IMG/VR virus record: IMGVR_UViG_3300018432_000006
Span: 1 to 56,772 of that record
Length of the DNA: 56,772 nucleotides
Strand: one strand, 5' to 3'
From: a virus
Taxonomy: Duplodnaviria; Caudoviricetes
The translations under genes were made by a program, and so were the position numbers. Position 1 is the stretch's first letter, and each line of letters starts with the position of its first letter. The notes under the pieces are model-generated. The model ran no database searches. It was not told where the DNA came from and saw only the letters and a program-made list of their open reading frames with translations. Shown piece after piece: positions 1 through 8,525 of this stretch.

Positions 1-123
1 CTGCGTCGACGCCGGCAGCGCGCGCACCGTGTTCGTCAGCTCGGTAGTGGATGCGCTGGCGTCCCGGAGCACCCCGAACACGTGCAAGGTGTGGGACTCG
101 CCCAGGTCGAACCGGAGTTTGCA
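1..123. repeat. Terminal direct repeat copy 1 (identical to 56650-56772); circular contig overlap
   Basis: Exact 123-bp identity of both ends. Confidence 0.97.
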
Positions 124-255
124 CTTGCAGACGACGATGACGTCATCTTCCGTTCCGGGTTCGGTGTAGGCGCTGGTGATCTTGTGGTCGAGCATCAGGC
201 GCTCGACGTCGATGCGTGGTGTGGGCGACGGGACGAACAGGGGTGCGTCTGTCAT
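1..255 (-). CDS. Hypothetical protein, 5' part; continues across the junction into 56649-56434
   Basis: ATG at 255 overlaps the upstream stop (ATGA); frame MTDAPLF...CKC...HTLHVFGVLRD stays open into the 56434..56736 ORF. Confidence 0.8.
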   Translation of the reverse strand, partial: MTDAPLFVPSPTPRIDVERLMLDHKITSAYTEPGTEDDVIVVCKCKLRFDLGESHTLHVFGVLRDASASTTELTNTVRALPASTQ

Positions 256-728
256 GGGGTGCCTTCCTGGGGGTGATCGAACGTCCAATGCGGCCGGATG
301 CCTGGTTCGGCGCTGCCGATGAGCTGGATGATGTCGCCCGGTCGTCGGTCGGGGCGCGCCTCGTGCTCCGGGCACGGCTGCCAGGGGATGGCCTTGACGC
401 CGTCGACCAGGTGCCGGAGCAGCATGTACCCGTACCCGGGGGGTGGCACCGCGCAGCCGTCGTCGGTGGTCTTCACCGGTACCCACAGCTCGACGCTGCT
501 GTTGCGTGGGACGACGTCGGCGGCTGCCTTGTCTCCGATGCTTAGGTCGACGGCGTAGTGCGCGAGCCACTGGAATGGGTCGCCTAGCCCGTCGATCCGT
601 GTCTCGAACACGGCGTCCGCTTTCAAGCGCACGGGCACCGCGGTGTCGGTGCGGACCACGGCGAGCCTGACGCACCCGCAGTCGGTCACCTCGTTGATGC
701 GCAGGTGGCATTCGGCGTCGATGTTCAT
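252..728 (-). CDS. Hypothetical protein
   Basis: MNIDAEC start with GGAGG RBS; ATGA-coupled operon. Confidence 0.7.
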   Translation of the reverse strand: MNIDAECHLRINEVTDCGCVRLAVVRTDTAVPVRLKADAVFETRIDGLGDPFQWLAHYAVDLSIGDKAAADVVPRNSSVELWVPVKTTDDGCAVPPPGYGYMLLRHLVDGVKAIPWQPCPEHEARPDRRPGDIIQLIGSAEPGIRPHWTFDHPQEGTP

Positions 729-994
729 GGGCTGTCCTCCGGGTCTATGAGACAGGAGATCTGCACTGCGGTGTGGCCTGGTAGTCGGTCGATGTGCACA
801 CCGTCGATGTCGTCGCCGGCGACGTTGAACGTGGCGACCCATTCGTGGGTCCCCTTCGCGTTCTGCCCGATGTAGGACACCTCGGCGGCATCGATGAGCT
901 GGCCATTGACCCTGACGCGGACACCTTCGGGGCGTGGTGGCCCTCCGTTGAGCATGGCGCGGGCGAGGCGTGCTAGCGCTTCGTCGGGGCTCAT
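725..994 (-). CDS. Hypothetical protein
   Basis: MSPDEAL start; stop/start overlaps on both sides. Confidence 0.7.
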   Translation of the reverse strand: MSPDEALARLARAMLNGGPPRPEGVRVRVNGQLIDAAEVSYIGQNAKGTHEWVATFNVAGDDIDGVHIDRLPGHTAVQISCLIDPEDSP

Positions 995-1470
995 GATGGT
1001 CTGGCCCATTGGTCGCGGTACGGGGTGACTCCGGTCTCTGCCTCGAACGTGCCGAAGTAGTGGCGGCTGGAGTGCGCGGGCTGGTAGGCGTCCTGGCACC
1101 GGTGGCCTGCCTTCGGCTCGAACGTCCGGGTGCCGTCTGCTACTCGCGTGAGCTGGTGATAGGCCATGTCGTCACCGCCCAGGATGAGCGACCTACCGGT
1201 GCGCCATGCTTCGACTCGGCAGTGCGGGGGGAGCCACGCCGTCAGGTCCTTCACGGTGTTCTGTCCGACTAGGCAGGCGTCGATCTTGATGTTCAGGAAC
1301 CCGTCGAAGTGCTCGCCGTCGGGGGTGTCGTGGGTGCCGGCGTGCATGAACGCGATGGCCCGTAGCGTCTGGTAGTCGGTCGTCTCCGGGGTGGGGGGCA
1401 CGCAGCCGCACGGGCGGGTCGTGGTGACCCGTACGAGCGCGGGCGCGTCGATCATGACGAACGTGCTCAT
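991..1470 (-). CDS. Hypothetical protein
   Basis: MSTFVMID start, GGAG RBS, coupled. Confidence 0.65.
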   Translation of the reverse strand: MSTFVMIDAPALVRVTTTRPCGCVPPTPETTDYQTLRAIAFMHAGTHDTPDGEHFDGFLNIKIDACLVGQNTVKDLTAWLPPHCRVEAWRTGRSLILGGDDMAYHQLTRVADGTRTFEPKAGHRCQDAYQPAHSSRHYFGTFEAETGVTPYRDQWARPS

Positions 1471-1673
1471 GACGGGGTGCTCCGTAGTCCCTGGGCGAAG
1501 CCGTCGAGCAGCGCGACGACTTCCTCTCTGGTGAACAGCTTGTCGGCGGGGAGCACCGCGGCGGTCTGCCGTGCCAGGGCCTCGATGTGCGCTGCGGCGC
1601 CTTCCCGCATGGCGCGCTTGATGGCACGGTCCTTCGTGGTGGCGAAGTCGATGGGGCCGTCGAAGATGCTCAC
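1467..1673 (-). CDS. Hypothetical protein
   Basis: GTG start overlapping the upstream stop. Confidence 0.65.
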   Translation of the reverse strand: MSIFDGPIDFATTKDRAIKRAMREGAAAHIEALARQTAAVLPADKLFTREEVVALLDGFAQGLRSTPS

Positions 1674-2554
1674 GGGACCACGACCATGTCGATGTCGTCG
1701 GGGCTGAGGTAGAGCGCCGGCGCGTGCATGTCGTGCACGTCCCTGCCGACGCGGACCCACAGCCGATAGCCGTGGTCATGGTCGAGCGTCGCGACAACGC
1801 CTGTCTCTCCCTCGAACGTGTCGCCGTTCGTTCCGATGGTGACGATGTGCCCGCGCTGGAACCCGCCGATGTGCGGGCCGTTCGCGTTGCAGCGCCGCTG
1901 CGCGTCCGCGAGCTTGTTGGCCACCAGGCGCTGCACGGTCTCTGTCAGCGTCTCGCCGTTCTGGTCGGCTACGTGCTCGCCTAGTTGCTCCGCAAGCCAG
2001 TGCGAGAGGTTCGTTGCTTCGTCGTGGACCTGTTGCAGGTGCTGCTCTGTCCGCTCGCTAGGGGGGGCGGAACACGGTGCGGCTGATGGCAGCGGGTCGG
2101 GGTGCAGCGGTACGGGCAGCTCGCTGGGGTCGACTCCCTGCACGATGAGGTCTTCACGGACGGACGCGAGGCGCCGGCCTTCCTCCGCGAGCGCCTGGCG
2201 GTCCGTCTCCGTGTCGTGCTTGGCGAAGATGTGCCAGACCAGGCCGGCCGCTGACTCGATGTGGTCGACAGATCCGCGGGTCGGCCCGGAGAGGATGTGG
2301 AAGGTCGGCACGACGGCGGTACCGATGTGATAGACGTCGTCAGGCAGCGGGTGGCCGGTGCCGACGACGGTGACAGCCCTGGTCGCGTGACCGGCCCATG
2401 GGCCGGCGTCCGGTCCCTCTTCGAGCGTCCACACCTCGACGAGATCCCCGGGCTTGCGCTTGTACTCGCGAGCTGCGACGTGCACGACGGCGCCGGCGCC
2501 GACCTTGTGCCAGGCGTCGTCGACGGGGACTTCCCACCGTAGGACTCGATGCAT
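1670..2554 (-). CDS. Hypothetical multidomain protein with C-terminal SH3/KOW-like segment
   Basis: MHRVLRWEVP start with AGGAG RBS; C-terminal GHIVTI...GETGVV pattern. Confidence 0.7.
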   Translation of the reverse strand: MHRVLRWEVPVDDAWHKVGAGAVVHVAAREYKRKPGDLVEVWTLEEGPDAGPWAGHATRAVTVVGTGHPLPDDVYHIGTAVVPTFHILSGPTRGSVDHIESAAGLVWHIFAKHDTETDRQALAEEGRRLASVREDLIVQGVDPSELPVPLHPDPLPSAAPCSAPPSERTEQHLQQVHDEATNLSHWLAEQLGEHVADQNGETLTETVQRLVANKLADAQRRCNANGPHIGGFQRGHIVTIGTNGDTFEGETGVVATLDHDHGYRLWVRVGRDVHDMHAPALYLSPDDIDMVVVP

Positions 2555-2645
2555 GGGGTGTTTCTCCTGTTCGTGATTCGGGATTCCGGAATCCGGAAGG
2601 CTTACTGACCAGTAGTTGATATGGGGGTACAGCGAGCGCACGGCG

Positions 2646-2846
2646 TCAGGCGATGCCGTTCGGTCGGTACGGGTTGGCGTGCATGGGGTTCAGCGTGATC
2701 GCGGTCATGCCGACACCGTCACCCTTAGCGGCTCCCTCTTCCCAGGATTGCGCCAGAGCCTCGCCCATCTCACGTCGCGCCTCCGTGGCGTCGCCGTGAA
2801 CTAGAGCGTTGTGGATGCGCGCCAGCACCGCTTCCACGTCGATCAC
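2646..2846 (-). CDS. Hypothetical protein
   Basis: Coupled ORF, GGAG RBS. Confidence 0.65.
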   Translation of the reverse strand: MIDVEAVLARIHNALVHGDATEARREMGEALAQSWEEGAAKGDGVGMTAITLNPMHANPYRPNGIA

Positions 2847-3277
2847 GATGGGTCTCCGATGGGGTGGTCGGTGGTGGCACGCCGGCGCTTGATCTTGCCC
2901 AGCGTGCGGACGGCGTCGGAGGTGGGGTGCTCGACGTCGCGCATGCCGTGTTCAGCGGCCTCGCGGCCGGTCGTGAACAGCTCGACGTCGGTGGTGTAGT
3001 TGTGGATCTCGTCGCCGTCGTCGGGGCTGATGTCGCCTCCGGAGATCGCGAGGCGGAGCGCGAGACTGTGGGTCATGTCGTGGCAGCCGGCCCAACCGGC
3101 GCACGCGCGTCCGTTCACCTGGTGGCACAGGAAAACGGCGGTCGGTTGAGACCAGGTGGTCTCGTCGTAGTGCGCGAGCTTGGCGTATTCGTCGGGGTGC
3201 CAGACACCGGACGGCACGTCGCGACGGTAGGGGCACGACGCGCACGGGCGGGGCGCCGGCGGCAGGATCCGGCTCAC
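2843..3277 (-). CDS. DUF6283-like Cys/His protein
   Basis: PCASCPYRRDVPSGVW...EY.KL, F.CHQ, CAGWAGCH motifs. Confidence 0.75.
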   Translation of the reverse strand: MSRILPPAPRPCASCPYRRDVPSGVWHPDEYAKLAHYDETTWSQPTAVFLCHQVNGRACAGWAGCHDMTHSLALRLAISGGDISPDDGDEIHNYTTDVELFTTGREAAEHGMRDVEHPTSDAVRTLGKIKRRRATTDHPIGDPS

Positions 3278-3540
3278 GTGTTCGGGCTCTCGCTGGTGCC
3301 GTTCAGGCGCGCTATCTCCTGACCGATGCGCTCTGCAATGCCGGTCTCGCCCTGCATGGCCATGCGCTGCGCCCAGAGCAGGGCTCGCGCCTGAATCTCT
3401 GGCATGACCGCCGCGACGATGTGCAGAGCCGCCGTGTTCGGCTCGCCCAGTACCCGTCCGGGGAGCTGGCTTACCGCCGTCTCGATCTTCGTGACCAGTT
3501 CGGCGGGCAGGTCTTCCGGTCGCATCGTGGTGTGGGTCAT
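3274..3540 (-). CDS. Hypothetical protein (resembles 7306..7668)
   Basis: PEDLPAELV...IVAAVMP versus PENVPDELV...VLAAVLP. Confidence 0.65.
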   Translation of the reverse strand: MTHTTMRPEDLPAELVTKIETAVSQLPGRVLGEPNTAALHIVAAVMPEIQARALLWAQRMAMQGETGIAERIGQEIARLNGTSESPNT

Positions 3541-3851
3541 GTTGGTTGCTCTCCCAGTAGTCGGGCCACGATCTCGGTGGCGATGGTGTGTGTGTCGATC
3601 TCGTCGTCTCGTGCGTTCCAGGTCCCGGGGCGGACCTGTTCGTACGTGCCGGGTGCGTAGCCCATCAGCGACTCATCGATGATGGTGGCGATGGCGTCGA
3701 CGGCGAGCGCCGCGGTGAACTGGGCGTGCACCGCGGCGCCCATGTCGCGGTAGATCTGTTGGCCGGTGGGGCTCATGTCCTCCCACCGGTTCAGGTCGTG
3801 GACGTCCGCGATGGTCTTCGTGATCGCGTCGACGTCGAGTGGCGCGGTCAC
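3537..3851 (-). CDS. Hypothetical protein
   Basis: GTG start overlapping the methyltransferase stop. Confidence 0.65.
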   Translation of the reverse strand: MTAPLDVDAITKTIADVHDLNRWEDMSPTGQQIYRDMGAAVHAQFTAALAVDAIATIIDESLMGYAPGTYEQVRPGTWNARDDEIDTHTIATEIVARLLGEQPT

Positions 3852-4354
3852 GTCCGCGACCACCAGAACCGGGCGAGCACGGACGCGATGGCGGACGGGC
3901 ATGGCCCCATCAGCTCGCGCAGCTCGTCGGCGTTCCAGTGGCGTACGTGCCGCTCGTAAGGGTTGCCGAACGTCGCCCCCTGTTCCTTGTGCAGGACGGG
4001 CACGGACAACAGCAGGTGCCCGGCGTTGGCCTTGATGTTCGCGATGACTTGCCGGCCGTCTTCCTCGGGCATGTGTTCGAGGACGTCGCCCATGATGACG
4101 GTGTAGTCACCGCGCGGGAACTGGAACTCGCGGATGTCTCCGATGGTGATCGCGTCGTACTTCGTGAGCAGGTTGAACCGGTCGACGTACGGTTCCCACG
4201 CCTCGATGCCGTGGAAGGCGGTGTGCGGCAGCAGGGGGCGCAGCAGGTCGGCGTAGGTGCCTTCCCCGGGGCCGATGTCGAGGATGAGGCGGGGCTTGGC
4301 TGCCGTGACGTGCTTGGCTGCCCAGACGCGGTTTTGCTTGGCGGAGAACGGCAT
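3848..4354 (-). CDS. Class I SAM-dependent methyltransferase
   Basis: ILDIGPGEG motif I, GIEAW motif II, GDVLEH motif. Confidence 0.88.
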   Translation of the reverse strand: MPFSAKQNRVWAAKHVTAAKPRLILDIGPGEGTYADLLRPLLPHTAFHGIEAWEPYVDRFNLLTKYDAITIGDIREFQFPRGDYTVIMGDVLEHMPEEDGRQVIANIKANAGHLLLSVPVLHKEQGATFGNPYERHVRHWNADELRELMGPCPSAIASVLARFWWSRT

Positions 4355-4364
4355 GTGTGGCCTC

Positions 4365-4766
4365 TCAGTGGGTGGTGGTGGGCGAGCCGGGGACCTGACC
4401 CATGGTGACGGTGTGCTCGATGATGTTCTCGCCACGCACGGGGCGACCGGCGCACGACTCGTGCACGTAGACGTTCAGACGTGAGTGGTAGATCCACCGC
4501 TGTCCGGCCGTGAACGGGTTGGGGCAGTTATCGCACGGGCCGTCGGGCGTGTTGGCCGCGTCGGCGGTGCGCTGGGCGCCTCGCTCGCACTCGCGGCACC
4601 GGCGGTCGTCGGGGTCGGCGTTCACCCATAGGTGGTCGCGGCCGGTCGGGAACCAGGTGCCGCAGTAGGCGTATGAGCCCATGAGCGACGGCCGTGATGG
4701 GTCGGCGGCGTGCGCGGGGCCGTACTTCACGGGGTACCGGGTACCGCGCTTGCGCCATCTCGTCAT
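4365..4766 (-). CDS. Zn-finger-like hypothetical protein
   Basis: CREC, CDNC and HESC motifs. Confidence 0.6.
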   Translation of the reverse strand: MTRWRKRGTRYPVKYGPAHAADPSRPSLMGSYAYCGTWFPTGRDHLWVNADPDDRRCRECERGAQRTADAANTPDGPCDNCPNPFTAGQRWIYHSRLNVYVHESCAGRPVRGENIIEHTVTMGQVPGSPTTTH

Positions 4767-4882
4767 GTCCATGCCCCCGTCTCTTCGTCGTACTCGTAGC
4801 CCATGTTGCCCAGCAGCTCTTCGGCGGCGTTCAGCTTGTGCACGTCGGTGCGCCAGTACTCGGCTAGCTCTTCGTCGGTCAT
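4763..4882 (-). CDS. 39-aa acidic protein (not in ORF track)
   Basis: MTDEELAEYWRTD...GAWT; ATGA overlaps at both ends. Confidence 0.65.
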   Translation of the reverse strand: MTDEELAEYWRTDVHKLNAAEELLGNMGYEYDEETGAWT

Positions 4883-5175
4883 GAGTCCCCCACGATGCTC
4901 TTGCGCAGCTCTTCGGCCTGGTGGTGCACAAGATCTCCGATGGGCAGCACGTCGACGCCGCAGGTGCAGTAGCGGGTGAGCCCGTGGGGGCCGACGACGA
5001 GTTGGTGCTTCTCCAGCACGGTCGCCATGCTGACGCCGTTCACGCCGGCACCGAGGATGATCCGGACCATGTAGGCGATTTCTTCCCGGGTGACGTTGGA
5101 CATGAAGATGCCCTGTGCCACGTCGAAGAGGCTGACGGCGTCGACGGCGCGTTCTTCCGCTGGCGTGTTCGTCAT
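4879..5175 (-). CDS. Hypothetical protein
   Basis: Coupled ORF; CTC...H motif. Confidence 0.65.
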   Translation of the reverse strand: MTNTPAEERAVDAVSLFDVAQGIFMSNVTREEIAYMVRIILGAGVNGVSMATVLEKHQLVVGPHGLTRYCTCGVDVLPIGDLVHHQAEELRKSIVGDS

Positions 5176-5372
5176 GGCTTCCTGATCCCAGCGTCGACGG
5201 TTTCGAGGTCAGTGAGGCGCGTCGCCTTCGCGGTGCTGTCGCCCCGGTACAGGACGTGCACGATGCCGGTGTCGAGCGCGTGCACGGACGTGATGCGCCC
5301 GTCTTCCGGGCGCGCTTCGGGGTGCGCCCGGTAGACGACGCCGCGCCCCACGGTGGCCTGTTCCGGGCTCAC
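5172..5372 (-). CDS. Small SH3-like hypothetical protein
   Basis: VGRGVVY...GRITSV...VHVLY pattern. Confidence 0.65.
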   Translation of the reverse strand: MSPEQATVGRGVVYRAHPEARPEDGRITSVHALDTGIVHVLYRGDSTAKATRLTDLETVDAGIRKP

Positions 5373-5737
5373 GCGTCCGCCAGTGCGGCGATCATGGCGC
5401 GCTGCTCCGCGTCGATCTTGGCCAGGTCGATCCCGAAGTACTTCGCCAGGATCTGGTTCACCGGCGTTGTCACCGGCATCAACTGCTCTTCGCGGTATCC
5501 CTTGATCTCGCGGTACTGCGCGAGGATGTAGCCGCTCTCGTCGAGGAATCGCCCGATGGCCTGGGCTTCCTCGATGATGGCCGACTGCCGGGTGTGCTCC
5601 GGGTACAGGTCTTCGGCCGGCGCCGGCGGGGTGTTCGGGCAGGGCTCGTTGTGGCCACCGCCGTTCCCGTGACGCTCGTGCACCAGGCCATGGTTCCCGT
5701 TCGTGCCCCCGCAGCGGGTGCAGATGCTGCTGTTCAT
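5369..5737 (-). CDS. Hypothetical protein with N-terminal CxxC
   Basis: GGGAGACACC-ATG downstream of a boxed promoter. Confidence 0.7.
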   Translation of the reverse strand: MNSSICTRCGGTNGNHGLVHERHGNGGGHNEPCPNTPPAPAEDLYPEHTRQSAIIEEAQAIGRFLDESGYILAQYREIKGYREEQLMPVTTPVNQILAKYFGIDLAKIDAEQRAMIAALADA

Positions 5738-5757
5738 GGTGTCTCCCTTACGAATCT

Positions 5758-5801
5758 GTTCTGACATGCACGACTCTACGCTTGACGGGGGCCTGGTGCA
5801 A
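5758..5801 (-). promoter_or_regulatory. Sigma-A-type promoter with 17-bp box
   Basis: TTGCAC-17-TAGAGT then CGTGCATGTCAGAAC. Confidence 0.75.
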
Positions 5802-5810
5802 CGCCGTTCC

Positions 5811-6176
5811 TCAGAACAAGGTGTCCTGCACGGGCATGTCATCGAGCCAGGACCCGGTGTCGCCGTAATCGGTCTCGTCGAGATCCCAGACTTCCCCGGT
5901 GCTGATGTCGGTGACCTGGTCGAGCCGGCAGCCGGGGCACCGCTGCACCAGGAAGCGCCGGCGCGGGAACCCGGTGGCGCCGTCGGGCATCAGGGTTCCG
6001 ACGGCGCGCATGTCTGTGTCGCGGATCCATCCGCATCCGGTGCATGCCCATTGGTCGTCGGTGACGTGGAAGACGAGCGACCCGCGGCCGGCGAACCCGC
6101 CTTCGTCGGTCCATGGTGACCACTGCACGACCTGTCCATCCCAGAGGGGCGGCAGGTCGTGCAGTCGGTCGGTCAT
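5811..6176 (-). CDS. Zn-ribbon hypothetical protein
   Basis: CTGC and CPGC pairs. Confidence 0.7.
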   Translation of the reverse strand: MTDRLHDLPPLWDGQVVQWSPWTDEGGFAGRGSLVFHVTDDQWACTGCGWIRDTDMRAVGTLMPDGATGFPRRRFLVQRCPGCRLDQVTDISTGEVWDLDETDYGDTGSWLDDMPVQDTLF

Positions 6177-6181
6177 GGTCG

Positions 6182-6349
6182 TCAGGCTGCGTCGGTCTCG
6201 CGGGATGCGGCGGCGAGCTGGCGGGCTGCGTCGTCCCAGCGGATGCGCTGGGTGCGTGCGTGCTCGCTGACCAGCTCGACGATCTCTTCCCAGGGCATGG
6301 GGTCGAGTGCGGCGCGCAGTGTCACGAAGGTGCCCCGTCGGTCGGTCAT
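6182..6349 (-). CDS. Hypothetical protein
   Basis: ATG overlapping the HIT stop. Confidence 0.55.
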   Translation of the reverse strand: MTDRRGTFVTLRAALDPMPWEEIVELVSEHARTQRIRWDDAARQLAAASRETDAA

Positions 6350-6759
6350 GGGCGTTGCGCTCCTAGCTCGTCGGAGAGTTCCTGTGCTCGACGGCACCAG
6401 TGCGGCGCTGTCGGGTCGTCGCCGTAGAGGGTGCCCCAGGGAGTCATGAGGCCGTCGTCGACCGTGCGGGGTACGACGTGGATGTGTAGGTGGTCGATGG
6501 ACTGTGTCGCGGCGCGGCCGGCGCTTGTGATCAGGTTGAAGCTGTCGTATTGCCGGGCGTGCTGTGCGGCGCGGACGGCCGTCTGTGCGGTGATGATCGG
6601 GTCTGTTGCTGCGGTGGCGACGTGCTGTTTCGGGATGATCAGCACATGCCCATCAGTCACGGGCGTCAGGGGGACGAGCGCGATGGCGTCTCCCCGGTCG
6701 CGGACGATCCGCCCTGGGGCGGTGCCGTTGATGATCTGGCAGAACACGCACCCGGTCAC
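6346..6759 (-). CDS. HIT-family nucleotide hydrolase
   Basis: CVFC, GHVLIIPKQH and HLHIHVVPR histidine triad. Confidence 0.92.
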   Translation of the reverse strand: MTGCVFCQIINGTAPGRIVRDRGDAIALVPLTPVTDGHVLIIPKQHVATAATDPIITAQTAVRAAQHARQYDSFNLITSAGRAATQSIDHLHIHVVPRTVDDGLMTPWGTLYGDDPTAPHWCRRAQELSDELGAQRP

Positions 6760-7022
6760 AGCGCAGCTTCTTCCTGCGCCTGCATGCGCAGCTCGATCGC
6801 ATACTGTCCGACGGCGGCGACCGGGTCCCCGCCGCGGTGCTCAACAGCGCGCCCGTATGCCTGTTCCGCGACGATGGCCGCGCACTCCGGGAACGTGGCC
6901 GCGAGCGTCACGGCAGCCATGGCCACGGCCTCGTGACGGGTCAGACCTGGGGCGGCGCCCATCAGTGCGTCGGCGCCCAGCTCGATGACGTCGAGGGCGA
7001 TGGTCGTGGCCGCGGGGTTCAC
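6756..7022 (-). CDS. Hypothetical protein
   Basis: GTG start with AAGGA RBS, coupled. Confidence 0.6.
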   Translation of the reverse strand: MNPAATTIALDVIELGADALMGAAPGLTRHEAVAMAAVTLAATFPECAAIVAEQAYGRAVEHRGGDPVAAVGQYAIELRMQAQEEAAL

Positions 7023-7309
7023 GGGGTGGTGTCCTTCCGTGAGTCGTTGATGATCCGCGCCAGAGCGCCCAGCGCGAGCAATGGCCACATGGGCGACTGC
7101 GCGAACCGGCGTGCGCCTTCCTGCGCTTCGCGTTCGTACTTGGCGCGCTGACGCTCGATGAAGTCGTTTCCCAGGTAGAAGGGCTGATCGTCTTCCTCGT
7201 AGTCGCGGACCATGCTCCGGGCGATGCTCCAGTTCGACCATCCGACGAACGCCGTGCCAATGACGCCGGCGACGTAGACGATGACGACGAGAGTGATGAG
7301 GGTGGTCAC
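7019..7309 (-). CDS. Small membrane protein, SPxWP family copy 1
   Basis: N-terminal TM with YVAG; SPMWPLL. Confidence 0.7.
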   Translation of the reverse strand: MTTLITLVVIVYVAGVIGTAFVGWSNWSIARSMVRDYEEDDQPFYLGNDFIERQRAKYEREAQEGARRFAQSPMWPLLALGALARIINDSRKDTTP

Positions 7310-7668
7310 GGGGCGCCTTCCTGGTGTGCTCGCTCGCGCAGCGTCTCCGCCAGCTTCAGGTTCAGCGCGGTGTCGATGCCCGCGTTCGCTTTCTGGGTGG
7401 CCTCCGCTGCGATGTGCAGCAGCAGCGACGCGCCGTAGACGCGCGTGGTCAGCGACCGGGCCAGCTCGACCTGTCGGTTGTAGTGCTCGACGCCGGCGTT
7501 CGCGATGATGCCGGCGCCGTACACCGGGAGCACCGCGGCGAGCACCTGGCGCATCTCGTCGCGGTCCGACCAGGTGAACGGGGCGTCGCCGTACAGCGCG
7601 CGCAGGCCGATCTCGACCAGCTCGTCAGGGACGTTCTCCGGCGCCATGACGGCGAGTTCGGCGCTCAT
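7306..7668 (-). CDS. Hypothetical protein
   Basis: Coupled ORF. Confidence 0.7.
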   Translation of the reverse strand: MSAELAVMAPENVPDELVEIGLRALYGDAPFTWSDRDEMRQVLAAVLPVYGAGIIANAGVEHYNRQVELARSLTTRVYGASLLLHIAAEATQKANAGIDTALNLKLAETLRERAHQEGAP

Positions 7669-8057
7669 CGCGACTCATCCTCTTCGGGCTCCGGCTCGCC
7701 GGCGGGCAGCACGTAGGCGGCGATCTCCGTGGGGATCTCGGCGCCCAACGGGACGTGCACGACGTCGTATGCCCCGAACCGTGACGCGAGCTTCGCCGGG
7801 TTCCCGAAGTTCTCCGTGAGGTCTCGCCGCAACCAGTCGGAGTTAGATGAAACGTGGCTGGACAGGACTTCGCCCCACGGCGTCATGAGCACGCCGGCGA
7901 TGTCGCCCGCCCAGGGCTTGCCCAGCTCGACGACGTAGACGGTGGTGGAGATCCCGTTGCGCAGCCCGTCGCGTACCTCCGTGAGGGTCGCGTGGTCGAC
8001 GGTCGGCGCCTCGCGCGGGAGCGCGTCAGGGTTCGCGGTTCGGTTGGTTTCGGTCAT
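7665..8057 (-). CDS. Hypothetical protein
   Basis: Coupled ORF with RBS. Confidence 0.7.
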   Translation of the reverse strand: MTETNRTANPDALPREAPTVDHATLTEVRDGLRNGISTTVYVVELGKPWAGDIAGVLMTPWGEVLSSHVSSNSDWLRRDLTENFGNPAKLASRFGAYDVVHVPLGAEIPTEIAAYVLPAGEPEPEEDESR

Positions 8058-8060
8058 GGT

Positions 8061-8522
8061 TCATGCCTCCAGAATCGTCGCGTGCAGGTCGTCGTGCCGG
8101 TCGCGGAGCACCTTCCAGACGGCCGGTTCCCCCAGCGTCACGAACGCTTCCAGGATCGGTTCGGCAGCCATCCCGGATCCGTCGTAGAAGCACGCCTGCC
8201 CGTCGAGGTATGGGCACTCGCGCCGGTCGAGTTCCTGGTCTTCGCGCTGCGGTGAGTAGGCGTGATAGCCCAGGTCCATCCCCATCGGGAACAGGCGCGA
8301 GACCTTGGGGTCGGTGCCCTTTTCCCCGGGTACCCATCCGGTGGTCATGGTGAACTGAACGGCGCCCTTCGGCCCTCGAAGTAGGAACTTGATGTCCATG
8401 CCGTGAACGCCGTGGTTCCCTGCACGGTCGTTCCAACCGGGCTCGAAAACCACGGCGGTTTCGAACCCGTCGGCGTGTCTGCGCCAGGTCACGTTCGGGA
8501 TGATGCGGGTCAGGCCCGTCAT
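8061..8522 (-). CDS. Hypothetical protein
   Basis: DLGYH...CPYL...CFYDGS motif; operonic. Confidence 0.7.
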   Translation of the reverse strand: MTGLTRIIPNVTWRRHADGFETAVVFEPGWNDRAGNHGVHGMDIKFLLRGPKGAVQFTMTTGWVPGEKGTDPKVSRLFPMGMDLGYHAYSPQREDQELDRRECPYLDGQACFYDGSGMAAEPILEAFVTLGEPAVWKVLRDRHDDLHATILEA

Positions 8523-8525
8523 GGT

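Noticed and set aside
1-123. 123-bp end repeat as a biological direct terminal repeat
   Set aside because: It lies mid-gene and has the size of an assembler overlap; it shows circularity, not physical ends
2581-2594. Intergenic palindrome GGATTCCGGAATCC
   Set aside because: Single copy with no convincing promoter context
3848-4354. Methyltransferase as a DNA methylase
   Set aside because: Lacks DPPY/NPPY or PCQ motifs; looks like a small-molecule or glycan class I enzyme
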